From Narcine bancroftii (lineage: Eukaryota): a stretch of DNA of 64,000 nt. The notes under the pieces were generated by a model that worked only from the letters and a program-made list of their open reading frames with translations, made no database searches and was not told where the DNA came from. A program made the position numbers and the translations under genes. Position 1 is the first letter of the stretch. Each line of letters starts with the position of its first letter. The stretch is from assembly GCF_036971445.1 (NCBI RefSeq), contig NC_091480.1, positions 87,110,001 through 87,174,000 on the forward strand, in the 5' to 3' direction. Below, one piece after another: positions 1 through 12,914 of this stretch.

Positions 1-374
1 GCAGAGGTGGTCTGGGAGAAAGAATACACAATTGCTCAAACTGCAATACTGAGATTACTTCACAGATCTCAAACAGGGTAACACATACTTGCTCAGCAGT
101 TTGGTGAGGCATTGTGCTTTATCATTAGGGTTTCCTGGGAAAGAAGATAATTGGGTGAATTTAGAAAATATATTCTCAGAGCACAAAGCTTCTGGCACAG
201 AAAACCCCACAGATCCTTGCAGACTCCAAAACAATCATTCTAAATGTTTGTGTTCAATGCTTGTTATCGAGGGAAAGCTCCAACTTGGCAACACAAATTT
301 AAAAATTATTGGCATCAGTCTTCCATCATAAGTAACCCATTGGACAGAAATACTCGAACTCAAAGATGAATCAA

Positions 375-1030
375 AGATGAGATTCAACTTGGATGCATGT
401 GAGGGATTGCATTTTGATAGGTTAAACCAGGACCGAACGCGCACAACAAATGGCAAGGCTCTGGAGAGGAACAGAAAAGACCCAGTCAATGCTTCTCAAC
501 TAGTGGCCATAGCCTTCTGGTGGGCCACAGTACTTTTCCATGTGGGTCTTTAAAAATGTTAAATAAAACACTTTAAATTAGAAAAAGATGCATTTCTTAC
601 AGAGCTGTCTTTGATTTGAAAATCTTGCTCAGTCATTACCATCTGTGGGCCATGGCATGTTAGGCCAGAAGCTAGGCAGGCTTTAGACTGAAAAACATTG
701 AGAACCACTGAGGGGTACAGGTACACAGATCCCTGAAAGTGGTGACACAAGGAGAGAGGTGGTGTAGGTAGGTTGGGCATAAAGTCCAGGACCAGGGACA
801 ACACAATCCCACTGTTTAAGCCATTGATGAGAAGGTACTTGGAATATTCAGCCCAGTTCTGATCGCCAAGCAATAAGAAAGATATCACTAAGCAGTAAAG
901 AGTGTAGAAAAGATTCACAGAAGTGTTACTGGGACTGGTCGACTGGAGAAGTGGAGACTTTTCATAAGAACTTGATGGGGGAACCATGCAGAGGTTTATA
1001 AAAGCATGAGGGGCATAGATAAGTTAAATA
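375..1030 (+). mobile_element. CR1 LINE ORF2 3' fragment, degraded, split by a hAT MITE
   Basis: 375-483 is a decayed version of the CR1 RT segment MEFN..KCEVLHFGR.NQ.RTYT.NG.AL. The sequence resumes at 711 (aggggtacaggtacacagatccctgaaagtgg, then acttggaatattcagcccagttctgatcgcc). Confidence 0.8.
487..710. mobile_element. hAT-type MITE (~224 bp)
   Basis: Terminal inverted repeats caatgcttctcaac / ttgagaaccactg. It interrupts a collinear CR1. No TSD is recognisable. Confidence 0.7.
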
Positions 1031-1033
1031 ATC

Positions 1034-1172
1034 ATACACAAACATACTGGAGAAAGTCAGCAGGTCAAGCAGGATCCATAGGAAGTAAAGGTCTGGGCCT
1101 GAAACACTGGTTAACCTTTACTTCCCATGGATGCTACTTGACCTGCTGAGTTTCTCCAGCATGTTTGTGTAT
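1034..1172. mobile_element. Short palindromic element made of two inverted Penelope-like 3' ends
   Basis: 59-bp inverted arms with 5 mismatches. The arm motif gatgct..ttgacctgctgagtttctccagca also ends the Penelope copies at 26055-26090 and 35910-35950. Confidence 0.7.
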
Positions 1173-1189
1173 TAGTACCACAGAATACT

Positions 1190-2910
1190 ATATAGAAACA
1201 AGCTCCTTTAGCCCTTCTAGTCTGTGCTGAACCATTTTTTTGTCAAGTCCCATTGGCCTGCACCCAGACCATAGCCCTCCATACCTCTCACATCCATGTA
1301 GCTGTCCAAAATCCTTTTAAATGTTAAAATTGAGCCCACATTCACCACCTTAGCTGGCAGCTCCTTCCACACTCCCACCACTCTCTGTGTGAAGATGTTC
1401 CGCTCAACCATTCGCTTTTCATTCTTAACCTATGTCCTCTGGTTTGTATCTCACCTACCCTCAGTGGAAAATGCCGACCAACATTTACTCTGTCTATCTC
1501 CCTCATAATTTTGAATACCTATATCAAATATCCCCTTATTCTTCTATGCTCCAGGGAATAAAATCCTAACCTGTTTAATCTTTCCTGTAACTCAGTTCCT
1601 GAAGTCCAGGCAACATCCTAGTCAATCTTCTCTGCACTTTTTATCTTATTGATATCTTTCCTATAGTTAGGTGGCCAAAATTGCACAGACTATTCCAAAT
1701 TTGGCCTCACCAATGTCTTATACCACTTTACCAAAATGTCCCAGTTCCTATACTCAATAGTTTGATTTTTGAAGGCCAAGCTTTCTGTACAACTCTCTCC
1801 ACCTGTGATGTCACTTTCAAAGAATTGTGTATCTGTATTCCCAGGTCCCTCTGTTCGACTGGACTCCTCAGTGCCCTACCATTCACCATGTATGTCCTTT
1901 CTTGGTTTGTCCTTCCAAAATGCAACACTTCACCCTGCCATTTTTTATCCAATTTTTCCAGTTGGTCCAGATCACTCTGCAAGCTTTCAACGACCTTCTT
2001 CGCTGTCGACAATGCCTCCAATCTTAGTGTCATCTGCAAACCTGCTGATCCCATTTACCACATTATCATCCAGATGATTGATATAGTTGACATATAACAA
2101 TTGTGCCAGCACCGATCCCTGAGGCATGCACCCCTAGTCACAGGCCTCCAGTCTGAGAAGCAGCCATCCACCACTACTCTCTGGCTTCTACCATTCAGTC
2201 ATTGTCTAATTTATTTTACTATTTCACCATAAATAGTATTTCACCATCTGAACCTTCCTGACTAACTTCCCATGTGGGACTTTGTCAGAGGCCTTACTAA
2301 AGTCCATATAGACAATATCCACAGCCTTTCTTTCATCAACTTTCCTGATAACCTCCTTGAATAATTGTATAACATTGATTAATCATGACCCTATGATGCA
2401 CAAAGCAGGATATTGACTATCGCTAATCAACTTCTGGTTATCCAAATAATTGTATATCTGATCTTTTAGAATATCCTCCAATAATTTACCTACTACTTAC
2501 TGACATCAGCCTCACTGGCCTATCATTTTTGGAGCCTTTTTTTTTAAAAAAAGTGGAACAATGTGAGCTACCCTCCAATCCCCCAGCACCACACCCATGG
2601 CTAAGGAGATTTTAAATATTTCTGCCAGAGTCCCTGAAATTTCCTCAGTAGTCTCTTTCAAGGTTTGAGGGGATATCCTTGTCTGGCCCTGGGGATTTAT
2701 CCACACTTATTTGCATCAAGACAGCAAACACTTCCTCCTCCAATCTGTATTGTTTCCATGGCATCTCTGCTTGTTTTCCTTACATCTGACCACTATGTGC
2801 CTCTTTCCTAAGTGAAAACTGATGAAAAAAAAAACATTCAGGATCTCCCCCATCTCTTTTAACTCTATACAAAGCTGACCACTCTGATCTTCAAGGGAAC
2901 CAATTTTGAC
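1190..2910 (-). mobile_element. CR1 LINE ORF2 (RT and C-terminus) with 3' tail, 5'-truncated
   Basis: ORF track peptides FTQRVVGVWKELP..GMEGYG..GQWD, VLHFGRTNQERTYMVNG..EQRDLG and LAEIFKISLAMGVV.GDWRVAHIVPLF. Confidence 0.92.
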
Positions 2911-4836
2911 CTTATATACATTTTATATTCCATCAGTTTAAGTGATTATTCAACAAAGTGGAAGAATGATAGCAAGTGCATATAGGGTCTTACAGTATGG
3001 GTAGGTATTGAAAAAGCACTTTGAGAAATAGGCTTATGGATAGTTCTCTGGAACATAATCCTTACATGACCCTGGGACTGCCTGAACAAGTACAACAAGA
3101 TATCATTATTATTCAATATTATTTAATATTCATTATTTTCAACCAATGCAAGGAAAGGACCACCTTTCTATCAAAATATTTTGCAATTCAAATTCATCAA
3201 GTCCAACTATAAACTGTGGAATGCAGCACAACGCCAAAATCAATTTGTTGAATACATAATAGATCTGCAACCGCCATTGGTTTAAACCATTCTTTGATCA
3301 TTTATGTTCTGCATTCCAAATTATATTAACACTGTTAAATTATGTGCATGCATAATCAATTTTCCATGAAAGCAAGCTGGAAAAAGATAAATCAAATCAA
3401 ACAGCAGGAGGCCATCTTCCAGCAATGCAAAATCCACTTCTCTCTGATTGAAAGGCACGAGAAGGTGCTGAACACACCAATTACATCAATATTACAGTTT
3501 GATTCACCAGTCTGTATACTGTGGCACAGCAAGCTGCACTAGGTGCGAGAGACTGAAATAAACATCGCAGCTTGTCATCCCATCAGTCAACAGAAATGCC
3601 AATGGACTTTCTAACTCTGTGCTCACTCAACATGGAATGATATCGATAAAGTCAAGAACCAGTCACTTTGTTGTTCTACAAGGTCCTGCAGATAAATAAA
3701 TAATGTTGACTGCTGTTATCAAAACTCATGGCTTGATGCTTTCATCTTTTTTTAAATGGTAAAATGATCAGCCTCAGATTTCCTGGAAAGAAACTTGTAT
3801 TGCCTTGAGAAGACATGGCGATGACTTGGACATAGTCTTCATGTTTAAAAAAAAAAGATCTGAGTCCTAAACTCCTAGTTTAATGGTTTCTGACCTGGGA
3901 AATCAAGAGTGTTGGTTGAGGTTGCAGCTGGACGTCCCACTGCATTCCCAAATTTAAATAGCACATTTTCAGAAACAAAAAAAAATACCACCCAGGAGGC
4001 AAGTTGGAAGCCCTTTTCCGAAATTGAGGAATTTTGACAGCTCTAGGGGGCCGATCAAGGAGATTGAGGTGAAGTGAAAACAGAAATTAAGGTTTGTTCC
4101 CTGGGTAGATATGGGTATGATATGGGAAAAGGGAATCACGAACTTGGATTGGATGGAAGAGAGGCAGAATGAGTGGGTGATTGATCAAGGATTAGGGCAG
4201 AAATGAGATATAATCACAGAAAGTTGGAATGGGGGGCCAGGGGGGAGAAATAAAGAGTGTTTGAGATCCAGTGGTGGGGTTATCATTGGAGGGATTATTG
4301 GGAAGGGTACCTCAGCCACAGTGTTGTACTGGGAGAACCTATTCATCCCAAAGACTGTGCTCCCGATTCAATTTAATCTGTTTCCTCACAATGTCTCAAA
4401 GAGAGCATTGGAAGGGATTGATGTTAACACCTGCAACCATGGCACAAAAAATCATTCAGGGTACAAGGTTGACTTGTTACCCGAATGTCCTGGCAAATTG
4501 CTGTTTGCAGCACCTCTGCCCACATTCAGAAGCCCATCAGACAGCGCTGTCTGTACAAAATGGATTGAACAAAGTGACTAGAGCTGACAAATTGACAGGG
4601 AAAGATTAAAATCGACTATGTTCAAATTTCAGATTAGACATTCACTTATCCACAGAAAACCAATGAGCAGTGCATCTGTTAGAGAACACGGTTTCCTCAA
4701 AACAACGCAATCCAAGAATTGGTCAATTCCAATCATTACTGAGTACAGTTTCCAATGGTCTTGAAGATCTTGTGCACAGTTCACCTACTTGACTACTGCT
4801 GCAATTGGTGGATTGGTTAAGTATCTCGCTTTTTGG

Positions 4837-5065
4837 GGTGACGTAGTTAGCATACTGCTTAGCACCATCCTATTACAGTACCAGCAACCTGCGTTTAAAT
4901 CCACTGAGGTCTGTAAGGAGGTTGTCCATTCTCCCTGTGACTGCGTGGGGTTCCTCTGGTTTCCAGAGATATGAGGTTCGTAGGTTAATTGGTCATATGA
5001 CTTTATGTGTGCAGTGAGGGCCAGAAGGAACTGTTAATGTGTTGCATTTCCAAATTATTATTTTT
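4837..5065 (+). mobile_element. tRNA-derived SINE (V-SINE-like)
   Basis: ggggtgacgtagttagc head; ctgtaaggaggttgtccattctccctgtgactgcgtgggttcctctggtttcc body; taggttaattgg and an AT-rich tail shared with the other copies. Confidence 0.75.
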
Positions 5066-5877
5066 TTAAATATATATCATACCTTTGTAATTAATTGATG
5101 GTAGGGAGTCAGGCAACATGTCTTCAGTGCATGAACTGACATCATGTTTTCAGATGATGTTGCATTAGGACATATATTAAATTAGGAATAGCAGGGACAA
5201 AAATCAGATCCTTGGGTCCATCAGTTCAGTCAATGGATCAGAAAATCTGTAAGTGTTAAATTGATCTTGTGACATTTCCATCATTTTCCAGTTCATCTTA
5301 TTTGTCTGGGACTGCCCCTTTAAGAGAACAGATTTCAAATTTGCCCACAAGATTTCAAGTGACTGTGAAACTAGCTGCGAGCTTTGAAGACATTGCTTTC
5401 CTAAATGGATATATTTGAAGAGAAGCAAGGCAGTGTCTCTAAAACCCAGGTGCAGAGTCCATGTTACCAACAGATCAAGACTGAATACACGGTAGCTGCT
5501 GGGGGCCATTTTAAGGAAGCCGCACAAGAATCGACAGCTCCTTTTGTGGGAATGAGACACTTACTTGTCCTTACTGTGTGGTTAGAGATAGAACTGTCAG
5601 ATTTCCTCCTTTTGCTTACAGAGGAATGAGAGACCACTTCTACTGACCCACAAAAGGGGTTTTCAAAATTGCTGAAGAAATACTGCCCTCTACTGACCCA
5701 CAAAAAGATTTGAATTTCTGAAGAAGGCACTCATCTAAAAAGGACATTTTTCTGAAGCACTGCAACTAGGTTGTCATGAGTAATCACCATTCTGTGACCC
5801 CCCCAGCCTCTTTTATCCACTTTAGGATCTGCTAGCTTCATCTTAAGGCCTTTGTGTCTCATCATTCTTAAGGCCTG

Positions 5878-6919
5878 TATGGTAGTGCATAGATATGTTT
5901 TTGGGAGATACATTGGGAAAGGTTTGTTAGTGTAGGTCACATACAAACACTTTAAAACAGATCATATTTAAAATACTGGACCTCTGCCCCATGCTAGACA
6001 TGTCGGGGCCAACAATCTTTTCAGGAGCTTTGGAGAGTGCCCAAGAGGCTTCACTAATGGATTGTTGTTTGCAAAAAGGCAACAGATGAAAGAGCATGTC
6101 AGAGCTGCCTTCTGCTTGGGAGGGGAACTTGCTGTTCTAAGAGGGTCATGTGGTTTTGCAAGCAGAGAGAGNNNNNNNNNNNNNNNNNNNNNNNNNNNNN
6201 NNNNNNNNNNNNNNNNNNNNNNNNNNNNNNNNNNNNNNNNNNNNNNNNNNNNNNNNNNNNNNNNNNNNNNNNNNNNNNNNNNNNNNNNNNNNNNNNNNNN
6301 NNNNNNNNNNNNNNNNNGCCAGCATCTGGGACTGGAATAGGACAGCTGTCAAGCTTGTGGAAAACCCCAGTTGGAAGACACCTTGGTCAAAGCCCTTGTG
6401 GTTCATGTAAGAGGAGAGGACTGGCTGTCTAAAGTTTCACTTGGAATAAGAGAAACAAAAAAGCACTCTGTGATGACCTGAAAGAAAGAGGTTATCATGT
6501 GGAGAACCCTGAAGGGGGAAAGTTTCGTCAGCAAGACAATGAAGTGGCTGATTAAAGGAACAAAAACCTTCCTGAGTGGTAACCATTTACTTTACAAGCA
6601 CCAAAGCCTGGTGAACTTTATAAATGTTAAATTCTGTGCACAGTATAAGAATTGCCTGCAACCAGTGAACTTGGAAGAATGAGAAGTGAGATTGGACTGT
6701 GAATCAAATAACTTTTCTGAGCTTATACACACATTACATACACATGCACATAGAATTAGAAGGAGGTTAAGTTAGGTTAAGTAAGTCAATAGTGATAAGT
6801 TGAAGTTTGATTCCATTTTCATGCTTAAAGATAATTAGAAGCAACTTTTATTTAAGTAACCATTTGTCTTGGTGAATATCTATTGCTGCTGGGGTTTGGT
6901 GTCCTCTGGGCTTGTAACA
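5878..6919 (+). mobile_element. Solo LTR (~1 kb), same family as 48951-49955
   Basis: Ends ..cttgtaaca, with a 4-bp TSD cctg (5874-5877 and 6920-6923). Collinear with 48951-49955. Contains the N gap. Confidence 0.85.
6172..6317. other. Assembly gap (146 N) next to a GA repeat
   Basis: Run of N directly after agagagag. Confidence 0.99.
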
Positions 6920-7091
6920 CCTGGGTGTCTCACCATTCATCTAAGGCCTGCATGCCTCAACCATCTAAAGCCTGCGTGTTACCCGAGTTTCAAACCCACT
7001 TGTCATTATTGAATTTCTGAACTTTAAACTTGGAACTGCTTTTCAAGGATTGAGTCTTGAGCTGTAAGTGGCTTGGGGTATTCCACGCACA

Positions 7092-7093
<2 letters not shown>

Positions 7094-7130
<37 letters not shown>
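7094..7130. repeat. (TA)n microsatellite
   Basis: About 18 perfect TA units. Confidence 0.98.
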
Positions 7131-7133
<3 letters not shown>

Positions 7134-7330
7134 GATCCAGATGCGCTGGGTGGGTCACGTCTCCAGAATGGAGGACCATTGCACCATTGCCTTCCCAAGA
7201 TCGTGTTATATGGTGAGCTCTCCACTGACACCGTGACAGAGGTGCACCAAAGAAGAGGTACAAGGACTGCCTAAAGAAATCTCTTGGTGCCTGCCACATT
7301 GACCACTGCCAGTGGGCTGATATCGCCTCA
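7131..7330 (+). mobile_element. RTE-clade LINE fragment
   Basis: Matches the reverse complement of ~19000-19185 (KIQ.RWVGHVSRME..LPKIVLYGELST..KDCLKKSLGACHID). Confidence 0.9.
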
Positions 7331-8989
7331 AAAGAAAAGAATACATTTGCGCATAATTAAATGTTAAGTTAGATAATTGTATATCAATTTAGTTTAGATA
7401 AGTTAGTTAAATTAAAGTAGGTGTTATATAATTGTTGATTAATAATTAAAAGTATTACTTTAAATATAACACCATCTGGGCTAATCTTTATCGTTGCCGG
7501 CGTGTACTTAACAATCTCAAAATATATTCATGATAAATGTTGTAGCACTTTGACAACATCATACCTCTGAGTTAAAATAACATGAGTTGTACATGAAATC
7601 TGTCAGTTTTAATTAAATATAAACTCATGTAGTTCTGGTTCCTTCAATGTTATAACCAAAGCACTTCAATTTCATTCTTTTAAAAATTCATTTTTAATTT
7701 ACTAATATCTCAGGAGGACATTGCAAGTTTAAATTTCAATCACAAAATCTTGTCCCTGACTTCCCCAGTACAAGGTAATATGCTTGTTATAGAAACATAA
7801 TAAAGTGAGTCAATTGGTAGGTTTGCTTATCATTCCAAAGCCCATAATTTGCATTTTGATTAAACGCCAGCATTAAGTGGACAACATGAAAAGACTGAAG
7901 TCACAACATGCAAGTTAAAGTTAAGGAAAAGGTAATAATCACATTGACAGAAATGGAAAAGCTGGGTATTTAAACTATTATTACCTGCAGCCAAAAAGAT
8001 GCTAATCTTTAATTCTGAATCAGGTTACATTCAGCAAGGATTTCACCCTGTTTCTGAAAGTGTTCAGATGGTTGAAACTTGTGTTGTCAAAAAATAAAAT
8101 ATTTCAAGGTTAATTGTTAATCTCTCGTGATTTAGATCTGACGACAAAACCATTCACATCTCACAATAAAAACACTTCCTCGCAGCTACAATGTTGGAAA
8201 GTAAAAATATTCCCACCCCTACAAAGGAAATGAATATGTCTTAATATGCAAGCACAATTGAGAATTTAGCCCTGTATTTACTATTAATTACCAATTAAGA
8301 ATTTAATAAAATTAGAAACTGATCTCATCTTCACTGTCCATTTTGTGGGACATGTTCTGCCTAAGCAGAGCCTTTTGTACAATCTAAACCCCTCCAGGAA
8401 TCATTGCATTGAGCTGTAGTTCAGCTAAAATTCACGAATACTAATCAACTTTTTAATTATTCCCCACAGTGAGGGTTTGCCATGGAATTCAGGTTTACAG
8501 CCTCCTTTTCAAATTCAAACTGACAGCCAGAAAGATTAATTAACAGTGTGTAAGACTTAAATCCAAACAGGTCCAATATGCTGCTTCGCAGAAGTACAAG
8601 AGTTAATTATTCTTCGTTAGCAATATTTTTCAGATTCAAAAGTTGCAGGTCCTGGATTCTTTTGCAAAGGAAGAATGGCTGAAGAGACTTGGCAATGACC
8701 ATCAACGTTTTAGGTCTGAGCCCTTGATTAAGACCAAGTTATAGAATAGGGAAAATTACATATTTAAAGGAGGAAAGAAGGGACCCACATTTTTGTCCTA
8801 TACTCCATCATCTCTGGACCCTCTATCCATGGAGCCTGTTGATTTTCTTCAGCAACTCTGTTTTTCCAGGTCTGTCTACATTTAATGCACAAGATAACAA
8901 GTGGAGAAAAAATGTCTTGAATCACAGAGCAACGTCTTCCATTAAAGCTCTTTATTTGTACAAGGTTAGCACACCTTTCTGATATAGAC

Positions 8990-9430
8990 CTTAAGACACA
9001 GGAGCAGATATAGGCTATTCAGCCCATCAAATCTGTCCTTTCATTTAATCATGAGCTGATCCATTTTCCCACTCAGCCCCACTGCCTGGCCTTCTCCCCA
9101 AAACCTATCAATCTCCACCTTAGATACACCCAATGACTTGGACACCACAACCGCCAGCGACAACAAATTCACCACTCTCTGGCTGACGAAATTCCTCCAT
9201 GTGTCGGTTCTAAGTGAATGCCCTTCAATCTTGAAGTTGGCCCTGACTCTCCCACCAGTCTTTCTACATCTACTCTGTCCATGCCTTTCAACATTTAAAA
9301 TGCTTCATGAGATTTCCCCCCCTCATCCCCCTAAATTCCAATGAGTACAGGCCAAACACCATAAAAAGTTCCTCATTTAATAGCCCTTTCATTCCCAGAA
9401 TCAACAAGGAGCCCAAAACTGCTCACCTGG
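8990..9430 (-). mobile_element. CR1 LINE 3' end
   Basis: ataggctattcagcccatc..aatcatgagctgatcc 3' UTR plus decayed ORF2 C-terminus; similar to 24620-24985 and 37015-37400. Confidence 0.8.
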
Positions 9431-10064
9431 ACAAAGGCCTTCTGAAAACACATTCTCGCCAACAGATTCGTGGATGTAACCCAGGACAAAGGAGTTATTT
9501 TCAAAAGTATGCACTCAAGACCCACCACAAATAGGGATATATTCCCATGGACTTAAATTTCAAACCCTATCAACCAACATAATCCAAGAAACCCAAGTGG
9601 TTCTTGCTTTTATTGTAATAATAGAAATAACTTTTCGAAGTGCCCCAACAAAAATCATTTAGATGTGATGACTTTGATTTCCCAGATTTTAGCTCTGCTA
9701 CATACTCTATATTTTAAAACCACCTGAAGAGATTCATTTTGATGTTATTTTCTTCATGTTCAGATCTACTTAGTAACCAGCAATTTCATTCCCTTGAGAT
9801 TTCTGCATTCAAACCAGTGCTATTTGACAGCCAGATTATATTAAACAGGCTAAGTTGATGTAAGAACACAAGAAATAACATCTTTTAAAGCAATAAACAT
9901 ACAAAAATGGCATGCTCAGAGGTTGACAGTGGAGAACATACGACTTGCATTCCAACATGATGTGATGTCTGTGTATTTTAGTATCCAAAAGGCAATTCTA
10001 TTAGTAGACATTTATGGTCATGCAAGTGACGGTCTTGTCCTCCCTGAAATCTGGGTGTCAATTT

Positions 10065-10290
10065 AATTTAGATGTACAGCGCGGTAACATAACAGGCCCT
10101 TTCAGCCTACGAGCCCGTGCCGCCCAATTTACATCCGATCCACCTATAACCCCCCAGTACGTATTTGAAGGGTGGGAATAAACCAAACACCCCTCCCCCC
10201 AGGAAAACCCACTCAGACATGGGGAGAATGTACAAAATCCTTACGAAGAGCGTGAATCTTGGTAACCGCTACACCAACCAACCGTGTCAC
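10065..10290 (-). mobile_element. tRNA-derived SINE
   Basis: Reverse complement of the SINE body (ggccctttcagcctacgagcccgtgccgcccaatt..ggggagaatgtacaaaatccttac). Confidence 0.8.
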
Positions 10291-10539
10291 AGATGCCTTG
10301 CTTTCATTTACTGCCAAAAAAAAATCTCCCAACTCTCCTCCTCCTTTCTGTACAAAATCCACCACAAAATTGGGTGTGAGTAGTTATTAAATCCAAAAAA
10401 GAAAATATGAACCTGAAATACTGCCCTCCCAATAGCAACTGTAAGGCTACCAGCTGGAAGCCTTTAGTGTTATTTGGGTAATTGCCTACAGAAGCTCCTG
10501 GGAGAAAATAATATTTCCTCAGATTCCTTTCAACTGACG

Positions 10540-10780
10540 GGCGGTCTGGTTAGCATGGCAGTTAGCGCCACCCTGCCATCAGACAAGGTTTGAATCCTGC
10601 GCTATCGGTAAGGAGTTTGTACGTTCTCCCAGTGCCAGTGTGGACTTCCTCAAGGCACTCTGGTTTCCTCCCACTGTTTAAAAAAAAATGGACTGAGGGT
10701 TGTAGGTTGATTGAGTGTAATTGGGCTGCACAAGCTCGTAAGCCAAAACTGCCTTTTACTGTGCTGTATGTTTAAATTTA
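10540..10780 (+). mobile_element. tRNA-derived SINE
   Basis: A-box-like tggttagcatggcagttagcg, B-box-like ggtttgaatcc, body gtaaggagtttgtacgttctccc, tail tgtatgtttaaattta. Confidence 0.85.
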
Positions 10781-11074
10781 CCCCTCACCTTTCAACCCTC
10801 TGGATTTAGAGATTTCCATTTTTGGGAGAAAAGTTGATAACTATCCAAACTACCTATGGCTCTCATAATTCCACGAGCACTGCAGGGCCAACACAGTATT
10901 TTAAAATCTCTTACCAACGGAAGACAAAGCATACTGCATTGCAACTCTGAAACATCCATCCAGCTGCCCCACAGCTGGAAGTTGCCACCTGATGAATGAT
11001 AATGATAGTTTCATGTTATTACAGAAGTACAATGTGCAGATACACTGAAATTCTTGCTTGCTGCAACATAACAG

Positions 11075-11935
11075 GCTCAGTTAGCATAACGGCTAGCGCA
11101 ATGCTGTAACAGCGTTAACCAGGGTTAGAATCCTGTGCTGTGGGTTTTCCCTTGCATTGTGTGTGGAGGAAATATGGCCTCCCTGTCTGTCTGGAATTTG
11201 TGTATTGCGGGTGGTCGCATGTCCTCTCTGTCTGAAACTTATTCGGAAGTCATATCACTTGTCAATCAAGGTTGGATTCTGGCCACCCTTTAGTGAGCAC
11301 CTTGCCATTGACCAATTTAAATCACCTCTGGTCATTATTGGCTAGAAGTGCAGATTAGCATGGTATAAAACATCAATGCATAGCACATTCTTTCGTTCTA
11401 TCTTGTGGTCCAAGACCCATGCCAGGTCGCTACTGTGAACATCACAGGAAGTGTCATGGGTAACGTGTGCACTACACTGAAGCTAAACCATAGTATTAGA
11501 TCAGTAGTTGCAGAGAACTGCCCTCTCCCCACCCCCCCCATTGGTCCTGGGAACCAAGCATGTGTAAGACCCCCTATTTGTGGTGTGTGTACTCAAGTGT
11601 GTGAGGATGTCGAGTATAGGTTCACTAATGTCGGCGTTCAAGGTGAATATCAGTACTTAAGTGAAATAGTAAATCGAGTACCATTTTATGTTCTCCCCTG
11701 TTTGTCTCCTGTGTGTTAATTAAAGCTACATATGATTGTAACACTTGTGTCAAGACTTCTCTCTGTGGACCCACCGAACCTGATACTCTTCCCAAAATGA
11801 CACCCAGGGGCTCTGGCTTCCTCATATCATTCAAGGGAATTGTTGGTCAATCGGATGTAATTGAGCAGCACAGACTCATGGGCCAAAAGGGCTTGTCAAT
11901 GTGATGTATATCAATTTTTTTAAAATTTAAAAAAT
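11075..11935 (+). mobile_element. tRNA-derived SINE split by a solo LTR
   Basis: Head at 11075-11152 (gggttagaatcc..gggttttccc); the body resumes at 11803 (cccaggggctctggcttcctc) and runs to an AT tail. Confidence 0.8.
11153..11802 (+). mobile_element. Solo LTR (650 bp)
   Basis: TG..CA ends, TATAAAA near 11364, ATTAAA near 11719, imperfect 4-bp TSD ccct/ccca. The 3' end resembles that of 47734-48366. Confidence 0.75.
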
Positions 11936-12009
11936 TACTAAGATAAACCAACTACAATGGTATGAATTAAATTCCCACAATATGCCAAGATAGGAAAAGA
12001 GATCATAAA

Positions 12010-12575
12010 TATAAAAGGACAGATAAATATTCGCAGCTACAGTTTGAACAGGAAATAAAAAGTGAATTGTCAGTGGTGCAGACAGACCTTTTGGTGGTCT
12101 TGAGTAGTTAATGGTTAGAGTTAATGTAGTATGGGGAGATTCAATAGCTGTTGGAATAAAAACTGTTTTTGAATTTAGAGGAGCTACACTTCAAGCATCT
12201 GTGACTTCTGTCTGAAGATAGTAGTGAGAAGAGATCAGTTGGGTTCATTTATAATGCTGGATCCCTTCTTGAGGTAGTGACCTCAGTAGATGGTTGGTTA
12301 GTACTTGTGATGGACGTGAATAGGTTTGCCACTCTCTGCAGCCCTCTGTGATCTGGAGTTGGTAAACCAGCACCAGTTTCAACAGTGCGCCAGCAGGAAT
12401 TCGATAGAGTATTCGAATGACATACCAAATCTTCTTGGAAAGTTGAGGCACTGGTGTGATTTCTTCACAGTTGCCTTAATATGCTGGTTCCTGGAGCGAT
12501 CCACAAATCTCTAGATTTCCATCCCATCAATGAAGGCAGGCAGGTGGAATACATCCATCTGCTTTATGATGAACT
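12010..12575 (-). mobile_element. Rex1/Babar LINE 3' fragment, old
   Basis: Decayed minus-strand equivalent of LRRFGM..NF / LPSGRR.RSL..RFKNSF, seen better preserved in other copies. Confidence 0.65.
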
Positions 12576-12914
12576 CAAATACAGGCCACTCTCAAACTCT
12601 TCCCCTCCCCAAGTACTCTAGTAACACTTTTATGTGATAGCAGTAAGGAAAGCCATAGACTGAGCAAAAATATAGTCTTAATCTGGATCAATTTCAATAT
12701 CGACCATACAAATGGCATTGGATGAGCAATTGAACATGAAGATTTGAAGGCAAAGACAGGAGAACTTAACTGCAGCCCTGGGGAAGCAGGGAAAGAGAGA
12801 GACGTTGTAAATGGGGAGCAAAACATGGTCTAGGATCCTGTAAGCCATAATAGGAGAGATTTAGTCATTAAAACATATTGTATAATGTTAAAATGGTTCT
12901 TATGCAGGCATGTA

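Larger units (their letters stand above)
5086..7513 (+). mobile_element. Probable long solo LTR hosting nested insertions
   Basis: TGTAA start and ..TTAACA end; internal short direct repeats (ctactgacccacaaaa x2, aaggcct..gtgtctca); ATTAAA near the 3' end. No clean TSD, so the left boundary is uncertain. Confidence 0.45.

Noticed and set aside
6062-6432. ORFs spanning X runs
   Set aside because: Artefacts of the N gap.
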